64,000 nucleotides of DNA from Lytechinus pictus. Its lineage: Eukaryota. Under the pieces are notes generated by a model. It was not told the DNA's origin, ran no database searches, and was given only the letters and a program-made list of their open reading frames with translations. The stretch's first letter is position 1. The number at the start of each line of letters is the position of its first letter. The stretch is from contig NC_087245.1 in assembly GCF_037042905.1 (NCBI RefSeq), positions 12,960,001 to 13,024,000 of the forward strand, in the 5' to 3' direction. A program made the position numbers and the translations under genes. Shown in pieces: positions 12,601 through 23,975 of the stretch.

Positions 12601-14410
12601 AATGGCCTTTGAATTATGTGCCTTCCGGGCAATGTCCCTTGAACTATAGGTGAACGACCACGCCCAGTCAGATGACTTTTTATGATAGGGGTAGGGAAGG
12701 GAGGGATGTTTTTTAATAGTTTCAATAATAGTTTACATGCATTTTGGCTGGGAGATGGTGGTCTGTGAATTATGTGTCTACCGGGCAATGTCCCTTGAAC
12801 TGTAGGTGAACGACCACGCCCAGTCAGATGACTTTATAGGATAGGGGTAGGGAAGGGATGGATGTTTTTTAATAGTTTCAATAATACTTTAGATACATTT
12901 TGGCTTGGAGATGGTGGCCTGTGAATTATGTGCCTACCGGGCAAAGCCCCTTGAACTGTAGGTGAACGGCCACGCCCAGTCAGATGATATTTTTTGGGGA
13001 GGGAGGGGAGGGAATTTTTTTTATATAGTTTCAATAATACTTTACATACATTTTGGCTGGGAGATGGCCTGTGAATTATGTGCCTACCAGGCAACGTCCC
13101 TTGAACTATAGGTGAACGGCCACGCCCAGTTAGATGATTTGTACATATTGTTGTGAGGTTTAGGGGAGGAGGGAGGGAGTAGTTTTATAATGGTTTTAGT
13201 GCAGTTTTAGTTTATATACATTTATCTGGGAGATGGTGGCCTGTGAATTATGTGCCTACCGGGCAATGTCCCTTGAACTGTAGGTGAACGGCCACGCCCA
13301 GTCAGATGATAGTTTTTTTTATAGTGTGGGAGGGAGGGATGTTTTTTCATAGTGTTAATAAGTAGTTTACATAAATTTTGGCTGGGAGATGGTTGCCTGT
13401 GAATTATGTGCGCACTAAGCAACATCCCTTGACTTAGGTGAATGGCCACACCCAGTCAGATGTTTTTTTTTAGGATTGGAGGGAGGGGAGGAATAATTTT
13501 TAATAGTTTTAATAATATTTTACATACATTTGGCTGGGAGATGGTAGCCTCTGAATTATGTGCCTACCGGGCAGTGTCCCTTGAACCGCAGGTGAACGGC
13601 CACGCCCAGTCAGATGATAGTTTTTTGGATAGTGGGGGAGGGAGGGGAGAGATGTTTTTTTCATAGTGCTAATAAGTAGTTTACATAAATTTTGGTTGGG
13701 AGATGGTGTGTTGTGTATTATGTGCCCATTGGGCAACGTCCGTTGAACGGCCTTGTCCATGCGATCAGAGGATTTGTCGAGATTGTTGCCAGGGTGGGGA
13801 GGGGGGTAGGAGGTAGGGTGAAGGACGTTTTTAAGTTTTAACAGTTTTAGTTTACCTACCTAGGTGAACAGCAACGCCCAGTCAGATGACTTTATAGGGT
13901 AGGGAAGGGAGGGATGTTTTTTAATAGTTTTAATAATACTTTACATACATTTTGGCTAGGAGATGGTGGTCTGTGAATTATGTGCGCACTGGGCAACATC
14001 CCTTGAACTAGGTGAACGGCCACACCCAGTCAGATGTTTTTATTAGGATTTGGGGGAGTTAGGGGAGGGGAGGGATATTTTTATAATAGTTTCAATAATA
14101 CTTAACATACATTTTGGCTGGGAGATGGTGGCCTGACCCAGACAGATTTTTCTTTTTGGATTCGGGGGAGGAGGATAGTTTGAGTAGATTCTTACTGAGA
14201 AATGGTGACCTGCGAAATATTTGCCTACAGCCAGGGCCTTGCTGTTTAAAACTGAAGGTAAACAGCCAGGCCCGGTCATATATATGTTTTTTTTTGTAGT
14301 TAACAACATTCTGGCTGGGAGATGGTGGCCTGTGAATTGCATGTACATATATACGCTTACCAGGCAAAATCTTCTGAACTCTAGGTGAAATGAAGTATTG
14401 CCAAGTCAGT
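3700..14410. repeat. Satellite array of ~155-170-bp monomers (about 65 copies) with higher-order repeats
   Basis: Conserved core TTTTGGCTGGGAGATGGTGGCCTGTGAATTATGTGCCTACCGGGCAATGTCCCTTGAACTGTAGGTGAACGGCCACGCCCAGTCAGATGA plus a variable G-rich/T-rich linker. Periodicities of 323 bp and ~1920 bp are visible from the repeated ORF coordinates. Degenerate monomers also occur at 1-100 and 2900-3450. Confidence 0.97.
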
Positions 14411-15058
14411 TCGTTTGTTGGGATAGATGCAGGGGGGGTTCATATGGAAATCATTCCCGACCCATAATTTTAAAACTTTCAAACTTTGGCTTTCATTTTA
14501 GCCCCCTTATTTGTCTTGCCTGAGCGAAGTTCAGCAGAGACCAGTTATCACTTTTCCTGTTGGTCTGTTAGTCCATTGGTCTGTTATAGCTCTGTCACAT
14601 TCCAGTCCAAACAGGTTTGCAATGTTTTTTTTTGCCATTTTGGATTGGTTGCCGACCAGAAACCCATGGTCAGCGTACAAAGGCTGTGGCTGGGAGATAC
14701 AATTTTCTGATTTCTCCACTGATTTTTCTAATCGCCAATCCATCCTCGATACATCGTTTAGGTATCGTCCCATGTCCAGCCTTAAATCGAAAGGTGTCCC
14801 TAACTTTGGTCAGGATTATCGATCGATGTCTGTTTGAACATTATTCACTAACCGATGGATGTCCAACCAGTATGCATTGATGTATGATCGATGTTTTACC
14901 AATGTGATTGACCTTGGCCGGACAATGGTCAGTGATTAGAGATGCACTGGAGGCCCTTCATAAACCGCGTCATTTCGCATGTGCAATTTTGTGTTTTTGT
15001 ACACTACACAACACAAGCAGATGCCACGCGGGAAATTAAATCGGCCGACAATCGCCTA

Positions 15059-17769
15059 GGGGCATTTTCACCACAGATGGACACAGAGGCAAAAAATTCA
15101 AGTTGATATTCATGTCAAATGCTTTATGTTTTTTAATAAAACAAGACCTGAAGTTTCTGAGACAAAATTTTTTTCCGACTCTGGCAGCCATTTTTTATTT
15201 CAAAATGGCTGCCAAAGTATGGATACAAATTAGTGTTGAAAATAGTATATTGATACATATTTTGTTTTGACAGATTTTTAAAGAACAGGTTTGATCATGA
15301 TGTTTTCGCCTGTGATTTAGCTTGCTATTATAACACTTTTTAAAATCCCACAGAAAGAAACACCAGCAATTCATTCATCTGATAAAAAAACATTGATGAA
15401 GTATGTGATATGGTATGTAATGTCAGTTACCGAAAACATGAACTTTTTTTTCTCATTTCCTGGAAAAGATGATATATTATATGAAACTTGGTAGATTTCC
15501 TCTCTAGGTAACACCCCTCCCTTCTACACCAAAATTAAAGATTACCAATTAACAATGAAGCCATAGGGTACCATTAAATATATGTAATGTCAGTTACCAA
15601 GTGGAAAATGTAATGTCAGTTACCGAGATGTAATGTCAGTTACCATGATAAAATGTTGGTTACCAATATTGAAAGGCAAATATGTGGTCAATTTTATGGT
15701 AAAGAAATATTGTATACTTTTTATTTAAGTTTTTCACTTTAAAAGTCACACCAGAAGGAGCTTGCTATTGACTTTTAAAAGGTATAGTTCACAAGGAATA
15801 CTATATGAAATTATGAAGGAAGTTGCATTCCCATCGTGCAAAAAAAAATTACTATGAAATTGTTTTGTACATGCACTTACCAAGTACCTAATTGTTTGTA
15901 TCAGACAATTTTTTGTTTGGTTTTCGGGGGGGGGGGGGGGGGGTAGGGGGTACTTTTCCCAACCTATTGCCTAAATCTGAAACATTTTTTAAGCTTAACA
16001 TTGTGATGAAGGGGATTTCCAGGGTCCCTTTTTTAGTTTCTAGGATTTTGAGCATTGCCTCGCTAAAAGTAAATTCCTGGTTTTTATACCTGTTAGTAGT
16101 GTGGATGTGTGATACAATTTTGTTTTTGGTTTACAAGTATAGATGAAAAGTGAAATTTTACAGTTTTGATCAATGTTGCATGGATCTACTAAAACTGTTT
16201 TTTTTTCCTAATTTACAAATAGTTCAGTTTCATTTTAGAAGCTGGAGTTTATTTTTTGTTGACAGCTTAAAAAAGAAATTAGCAAAGAAAATGATTAAAC
16301 AAATTATGAAGAGAATTGAAATCCGACAGATATGAACAAGCATTGCTTGCACTGACCAGAATAGAAATCAATAAAACTACATGGCTGCATGAGATTTGGG
16401 GGAGGGGTACCTGTAGCCTAGGGGAGGAGACCCTTACTTATTTTGCCTTTTTTGAGGGGAGGGGGAGGTTGGAGAAGGAAAAGGTTTAAAAAGTCAATAT
16501 AAAACTGATGAATATATTATGGGTGTATAGTATGGGGGTAAATGTAAATGTGTATTGTCAGTTACTGACAAGTACTGATCAAAAAAATTTCAAATCAAAG
16601 AAAGGAATTCAGAAAAAGAAAAAGTTTTTTCATTGAAATGTTCCTAGAAACTCGGGTATACTTCCACATCAAGCTCACTTTCATGTGAAGCCCTGCACAG
16701 AAGATACAATGCAATGATTCCACACATTTGACTTCCATGTGTTATCTCTATGGCAAATTAAGTGTAATGTCAGTTACCGTAATGTCAGTTACCAGCATGG
16801 TTGTGGAAAAATTATCATAGCCCCCAAAAGACAAAAACGAATTGTTTAATATTTTGACACATCTTAACCTAGTAACGGAGGTATATTTACATATTCAAAT
16901 TATTACTCTATCTACTCAGGGACATGAGATATTTCAATTTTAATGAACACCCTGAAATTGCATGTCCTTTTGCGTAATGTCAGTTACCGACAAATTTTTG
17001 CTTGCTGATGCGTAAAAAAATGTGGTTACATAGGAAAACTTAGTATCAGAGTATACAGCAAGGTTCACTTTATTAAAGGAGAATGAAACCCTTGAAACCA
17101 GCTGAATCCATATCAAAGAGAAAAATCAAAGAAACATATTGTTGACAGTTTGAGGAAGATTGAATGAATAATAAGAAAGTTATGAGCATTTGAATATTGA
17201 GATCACTAATGCCATGTAGATCTTCCCATTGGCAATGCGACCAAGATCTGTGATGTCACACACGTACAACTCCCTCATTACTTTAGTACTTATTTCACTA
17301 ATATTCTCACTTTTATAGAGTCTATCACAAGGTGAGGTGTTCTCTTTATATGAGAGGACAAGTACAGAGGTTTCACAACATTATATCATTGATGAATCGT
17401 TTGTCATATGATTAGAATGAGCAAAAGAGATGTTTTGGGGTATATTTTCAGTGTCCAAAAGGGGAGAGTTGTTCATCTGTGACATCATAGATCTTGGTCG
17501 CATTGCCAATGGGAGGATCTCCATAGCATTAGTGATCTCGACATTCAAATGCTCATAACTCTTCTATTGCTAGTCCTATTTTACTCAAACTTTTGTTGAT
17601 CTTATTCTTTGATTTTTCTGCTTTCACAAAAGCTAACTTGCTCCAAGAGTTTCATTCTCCTTTAACTCTATCAAAAGCAAACTCCCATCATTTGTTGTTT
17701 TAGAGATACACACAATGAAATGTGTGAAAACATTGTGCCGTGTAATGTCAGTTACCGTGAAAATGCCCC
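15059..17769. mobile_element. Non-autonomous DNA transposon with GTAATGTCAGTTACC internal repeats
   Basis: Perfect inverted ends GGGGCATTTTCAC / GTGAAAATGCCCC within the palindromic site GCCTAGGC (TSD either TA or CTAG). About 10 direct copies of GTAATGTCAGTTACC inside. No intact ORF. Confidence 0.85.
17077..17661. mobile_element. Kolobok-type MITE with long (~185 bp) imperfect TIRs nested in the 15059-17769 element
   Basis: TTAA|AGGAGAATGAAAC ... GTTTCATTCTCCT|TTAA. Inner arms CCCATTGGCAATGCGACCAAGATC / GATCTTGGTCGCATTGCCAATGGG. Confidence 0.88.
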
Positions 17770-18150
17770 TAGGCATCGTATAATGTCGTAAGGATCATAC
17801 TCCACCTATAATCATACGATGTTTGGCTATCGCACGAGCACTGTGTGATTATCGGGAATTATCATCAGATCTTCTGTTGATGTCTTGACATTGATTGCTG
17901 CCTCCCCGACCCAAAATAATTTTGGATGTATGGATGGCCTCTGCACGATGGCATTTGTTTTTGTGATATCTGATTATTTGGCCAGTGAGGACCTATGTTT
18001 AAGAAAATCGCTCACTCCACCGTCTAAGCCCATTGGTCTATTATAAAAATGTTAACACTTTTACTTCAACTCGCTCTTATCTTTCTATGGATCAGTTATG
18101 TTCGACTTGGTTAATGTGATCCTAGGGTAATACCACATGTGTGTTGAGGA

Positions 18151-19405
18151 CAGGCGCGGATCCAAGGGGGGCCATGCCAGCCCCGTCCCCTCCTTTTTTT
18201 GGCAACCAAAAAAAGGTGTCCTTGCATTGATTGTTAAAAATATATAAACCCATTCATCATATTCATATTTTTACAAAAGTGCTTAAAATGTCCAGTTTTC
18301 AGGCCTTAAAATCAATAAAATTTTTCTCATAAAGGCTTATCAGATTAATAAATAAGATTATAAAACTTTCATGTCATTTGAATTTCCAGGTCCTAGGTAA
18401 AAATTTAAAAAAAATTGTTTAGGGGGTGTTTTGAAATAATTTGGCCACGCGAGGGTACAGCAATACATTTGAATCCCCCCCCCCCCCGGGGCTCGTGCTT
18501 CATGCTCGCTTCATCTTTTCAGTGCTATTAACAGTTTTTCCACATAGTGCTTAATTTGATCCTTTTCAGATATGAGTATCAAATATTTTCAGCTCGCGCT
18601 TCGCACTCACATTATTGATTTTCATGATAATAAATGTACCGGTATTCAGAATGCCCAAATTCTAGGTCTAAATCTAAAACACATGCATGCATGTTTGTTG
18701 AGAGCTGGTTCATTGTTTTGAACATGGTTAAGTTATCCAGTCTCAGATCAGAATATCACAATTTTTCTGCTTACGCTTCATGCTCGCATTATTAATGTGA
18801 GAGGACCAATTACCCATCCATTGTATGATTTGCAAAACATGAATAGAGTATCCCATTTTTAGGTCTGAATCTCAATTTTTCCGCTCTTGCTTCACACTCG
18901 CATCAAATGATTGTATATCCCATTCCAAATTACAAAAAGTACTTAGAATGTCAATTTAGTAGGTCGGAATGTCAAAAATTACCAGCTCGCGTTATTTAAT
19001 TGTTGAAGTATGTATAGTCTTTATGGCTTACTGCAGAGAGTCCTTAACAGGCCCCCTTTTTGATCAGGCCAGAACGTATATTAAAAAGTTCTACTCGTGC
19101 TTCACGCTCGCGGTAATTCTCTTATTAATTATGCATCTTGTTTTGGATCACAAACATTGTATAGAATGTTTAATTTTCAGGACAAAATACATAAAATTTC
19201 CAAAAAAATTTGCTCATGCTTCGCGCTCCCAATATTTTAATAGGGCTTATACGATTATTACATGTCTATGTTGTTTTATAAGAATAAAGCTAAGAAGTGA
19301 CTGTTAGGACTACCCCTTTGAAGAAACAAACAAAAATAATCTTTGAGAGGCAGATCAGGGAAAATGTGGGTTAAAATTTTATTCGGCCCCCCCCCCCCCA
19401 CCCCT
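18151..19405. mobile_element. Repeat family starting CAGGCGCGGATCC with GCTCGCGCTTCGCGCTCGC-like internal repeats
   Basis: CAGGCGCGGATCCAAGGGGG start and recurrent degenerate GCTTC(A/G)CGCTCGC motifs. Related decayed copies at ~1000-1370 (reverse) and ~50030-51500. Boundaries are approximate. Confidence 0.55.
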
Positions 19406-19530
19406 GAAGGATGATGGGATCAAAGGTCATGTAAGGGTCAAAAGGTCATTTTTTTTCAACTTGCTCTCATTTATTTCTGCATCAATTATGTTCATACTTA
19501 CTACAATTGGTTCATACTTGGTACAACGTC

Positions 19531-19819
19531 GAGCGTTGTGTCCCAGTGGATTAGTCTTCTGACTTTGAAACAGAGGGTCGTGGGTTCGAATCCCAGCCAT
19601 GGCGTAATTTCCTTCAGCAAGAAATTTATCCACATTGTGCTGCACTCAACCCAGGTGAGGTGCATGGGAACCCAGCAGGATTAATTCCTTGAATGCATGA
19701 GCACTGAAAGGCAGCTCAAGCTAAAGCCGGGGTAATAATAATAACAACGCGCCTCGGAATAGAATATTTCTAGATAGATGGCACTATATAAATGCCCATT
19801 ATTATTATTATTATTATTA
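19531..19819 (+). mobile_element. tRNA-derived SINE
   Basis: A-box-like TGTCCCAGTGG, B box GGTTCGAATCC, central CAGCAAGAAATTTATCCAC...CACTCAACCCAGGTG domain, and a 3' CTATATAAAT followed by an (ATT)n tail. Confidence 0.88.
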
Positions 19820-20826
19820 CATTTGATCCTTTGGTAATACCACATTTGTGTTGTTGAGGATAATGGGGTCAACAGTCATCTACATGTAGGTGTCAAAAAG
19901 GTCAATTTTTTTTAACTTCTCTAATTTCTTTATTTCTGCATAAATATTGTTTACACATGGTACAAATGTTCTTTATGATGAGGGTCAAAGGTCATCCAGT
20001 CACAAAAGTCAAATATGAGGTTATGTCGATTCTTTCTCAAGTCCTTTTTTCAAATTGCTCTAATTTATTTACATCTGAATCAACTTGGCATAATATTGTA
20101 ATCATTGGGTATAACCACACTTGTGTTCTTTAGGATCATAGGGTGAAAGATCATATAAAGGTCAAAAGATCATATTGCATATTTTAGTGATTGCGAAAAC
20201 AGCTGAAACTTGTGGTTCATGAACGCCCTTGTTTTATTACAAAATTTGAAATATTTCATTTAATAAAGTTTCGTTTGGTCCTAAAACAAGTGAAAGGGAA
20301 AGATATTAACATTTCCTGATGGTTGGATTATAAATGAAGGAGAAGGGGCAGAAGGGAAGGGGGTTTGAACAGAGTAATAATTTTTTTCTGTGTTGGGGGT
20401 TCCAGGCTTTTGAATGACAAAGGACAAAAGGTGAGTAATAATTGTTTCTCTTTTATGGAAACTTTGTGACAGCTGTAGATTTGGGACAAAATGGAATTGT
20501 TTTCTGCACATGGCTTTCTTAACAGTTTGATTCATCGATATTTGTACCATCCATGATGCGTTTAACCTTTTGTTTGAGTCTAATCAGTTGAAAGTTACAA
20601 GGAGGTTTTGGAGAAATTGATGGTGACTTTAACTACAGGTTTCCTTCTCTAACTGTTACAATTGGAGCAATGACTCGTGGAGACACCCCCTGAAACTAGA
20701 GAGTAAGCAGAGAATGATTTGAAATGTCAGCTGCTGATGGTAATGTTTGTGAGTGTTTGTCACATCTGTTATGGGGAAATGAATATGGCTTTGTGAGGGT
20801 CCAAGCCCTATAGGAGAAAGCAGATA

Positions 20827-21530
20827 CAGTCCAACCTCTCTTATCTGGACACGGGACCAGCACCAATCCGGATAAGGGATTTATCCGGATCTGGGAGACC
20901 CAATATTGAATACATGTACACGCAGCTACCTCCCCTATGGTAGCTACACATAATCTATTGTAGTGTGCGTACACAGACAGTGCAGATCATAGGCTTTTTT
21001 TAAACGGAAATTATATTGATTGGTTATCAAAATGCTTGGATATTTTACCTACTAAAATGATTGTGGTATACATTGAGCATACCCCAAAAGAAAGAGAATG
21101 ACTCGAAACTAAGTTTTAAATTTTATCATTGCGGCGATTATCATAGCTTGACAAAGTCAGCCATTATTATGACTATTGGCTTAAACATGATAGATGGCGC
21201 TGTCCGTATCGAGGCCTAGCTCTAGCTAGTGAGACATGTGTTGATTTTCCCGGAAAAAAGGAGAACGTGATAAAATACTTGTGCTGCGCCCCCATTTACT
21301 GAAAAATTATCCTAAGTTCTTTCGGTGATTTGGGTAAGACATTCTCATAAAAATCGATGTGGTTGTAGGTAGACTATAATGGAAAATGTATGTAATCAAA
21401 GTGAGTTTGCGTAGGATTTTTGAGTTTAGATTGAAATCTCATTTTCCCATGTAATAGATTAAAAAGAAAAAAAATATCTCGGCAAGTGTGCGTCCGGATA
21501 AGGGGAGGCCGGGTAAGAGAGGTCGGACTG
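20827..21530. mobile_element. Tc1/mariner-superfamily (pogo/Tigger-like) MITE
   Basis: TA|CAGTCCAACCTCTCTTATC ... GGTAAGAGAGGTCGGACTG|TG (TA mutated on the right). Internal CCGGATAA sub-terminal motifs. Confidence 0.8.
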
Positions 21531-23070
21531 TGTAGCTACAAGACAGCAGAAAGCTAAAAAAAGTGGCTTAAAAATGGCTTAACTGGCAACTTTCATAAAC
21601 AAGCAGATTTTTACTTTTCTTAAAAGTATATGCCCTGGCAATATTCCATATGTAAATTATTCAGAAAATATAATTGGGAACATTCTCAAATGATGTCATC
21701 AATATGGTGCCCCCAGAGTTAGCACTTTGCCGTGGTTATTGTCAATAAACACGTCTGCTCATGCTGAAAGTACAATTTTACAGCAATTTAATGATTTCCT
21801 CTACTGTAGTAAAGATTTTCAGGTAGCATACATGTAGATCATTAGTTTTAAAGACTTGTTTACAATTGAACCAGTTGAATATGAAGATACCACTCCATTT
21901 CCATGGCAGCATAACATTTTATAAAAATTAGATATAATCTTAGAAAATAAAAGTTTAACTTTCTGTTAGTTGAAATTTAATGAAAATGGTCCAAAATGTG
22001 AATTATGATCTATTACTTTGGCTATATAGTGTAAATTGAGTTTTAAAACAATGTTGATCATATGAAATATGACAAAAATATGGTAGTTTCCATTTTGACT
22101 CATGGGGCAACCCATGATACATATAAAGATCAGTTTTCAATACTATTTTGTCTTGTAAGAGATTGTGAATGTTGAAATCTCAACCAAATTTAAGTTTAGA
22201 AATATCACCATAACTTAATAATAATAATAATACCAACATGCTTATATAGCGCATATCACTGCCAAATGCGTCCCTATGCGCTTAACTTAGAAAGTATCAG
22301 GACCTTGTTCATAAAACTTTGACATCACTGATGATCCTGCTCAAGTTGCAGGTCACCTGGTCAAGGTCAGAGGTAATTTAGGGTCAATTAACTTTGACCA
22401 TGTTGGGATATCAAAATTTTGAATCTTAACCAAGGTTAGTTTCCAGATATGTAATAACTTTGAAATTATATCCGCCTATTTCATGAAACTTGGACATAAG
22501 GGTAATCTAGTATTGCTGATCATCTTGTATGAGATGTAGGTCCCGTTGTCAAGGTCAAAGTTTGTTAGATTTAGAAATAAATTAACCATACAGGCTTGTA
22601 GAGTACATCCCACACAGTTATGCCAATTTTCCCTGCCTTCGGGCCATCGGCGGCCGAGATTTCAAAGAGGGGTTAGGTTTAAGGTCAATATACTAACAGA
22701 TGAAGTCACTTAATAAGTCAGGTTATTAAGTTGAATAACTTAGTCTATCATCATACTGAAGGATTTAGATAAAAGTGAAGTGAAAACAAATAATGGAGAT
22801 TACTTCAACCATATTTTAAAATGTTTAAAATTTGCATCTCTACTTAAAGATTATTTTCTTATTCTTTTTAGCATTTTTATCACTCATATGATTTTTAGTT
22901 TTTAATTGATTTTTATCCTTTAAATTATTTTTAATATTTTATCATTTTTAATTGAGGAATTCTTAACTGTTTTTAACCTATGAAATGATGTGGGTGATTC
23001 CAAGAAAAAGTGGGGATTTTTAAGGATCTTCTATGAGCTAGACCTACATGAGAATTTACTGGAGTTCATA

Positions 23071-23494
23071 CCTGGGGGGGGGGGGGGCACTCGAATTATA
23101 TTTTGATGGGGATGTGCCTCACAAAACCCTGAAATGAGGGTCTCAGAAACTGACCACAAAGGTAAACTATAGGGTCTTGGGAACTAAATATGTACTTGGC
23201 GGTGTGAAAAATTCTACGGAACGGTGCACGCTAGCGCTGTGCATGTGTATGTGGGCACTGGCAGTGCATGGAGCTGCTGGCGGAGAGAGTTGTGAAGCCG
23301 TGCATACAGCTCTTGCATGGGTGCTCGAGCTGGACAATTTTGGCATGGCTAGGGAACTGAGATGTTTTGTAAGGATTCTGAATGGAACTTTTGTCATTCG
23401 GAGTATCAAGAGAACTGAAAATTAGGTCTGAAAAAGGGGGTCATCAAAGCGGCACATCCCCGTACCACCAATATATTTGAGTGCCCCCCCTGGG
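23071..23494. mobile_element. TIR MITE with CCTGGG/poly-G termini
   Basis: CCTGG(G)nCACTCGAATTATATTTTGATGGGGATGTGCC / GGCACATCCCCGTACCACCAATATATTTGAGTGCCCCCCCTGG. Flanking direct repeat GTTCATA. Confidence 0.8.
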
Positions 23495-23765
23495 TTCATA
23501 GTGCGAAGGGGGTTCATCATCCTCAGAGATCTGAACCATGCAAAAATGATACATATTGGACATTTATATATACACATACTGCTGAGTTGTCAAGTTGAGT
23601 TCTTACTGTCTATAGAAATCATGGTTTGCAGCTAGCTGTCACTGTCTCCTTGCACTCTACGTACACAGCGGTCAGTTGAGCCTATCCCGACTTATAGTTA
23701 AAGAATTTCTTATAAGTGAGGCTGAGAACTACCTTTGAGAGATTCTAAATTCTGTATATGGACAC

Positions 23766-23975
23766 CAGGCGCAGATCCAGAGACAGACTTTTATGGGATG
23801 CATTTTTTTTTTAAAGGCCATGACTTCAAAATGAAGGCCTTTTTTGTCTCCCCAATAGCTTGAGCAAAAAAAGAAGGTCACTGTTCATTTTCACAGGGTT
23901 TGCATTTCGCAATGAAGGTATTCTGTAGGTTGCAGTAATGTGCCCACGCCTGCCACCCTCCTGGATCTGCGCCTA
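23766..23975. mobile_element. Short MITE (CAGGCGCAGATCCAG TIR)
   Basis: CAGGCGCAGATCCAG ... CTGGATCTGCGCCTA inverted ends. No clear TSD. Confidence 0.65.

Noticed and set aside
4105..13760. Repeated MPGRHIIHRPPSP... ORFs as a tandem gene family or repeated exons
   Set aside because: These are translations of satellite monomers with non-ATG starts and frame-breaking indels. The candidate minus-strand exon (AG|TCATCT...AAAT|GTATGT) is 91 nt and does not preserve phase.
3700..14410. Hammerhead or HDV ribozyme satellite
   Set aside because: No CUGAUGA...GAAA core on either strand (the unit has CAGATGA), and I could not build an HDV nested pseudoknot by eye.
19531..19605. tRNA gene
   Set aside because: A/B boxes are present but there is no proper acceptor stem or cloverleaf. 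It continues into a SINE body and an (ATT)n tail.
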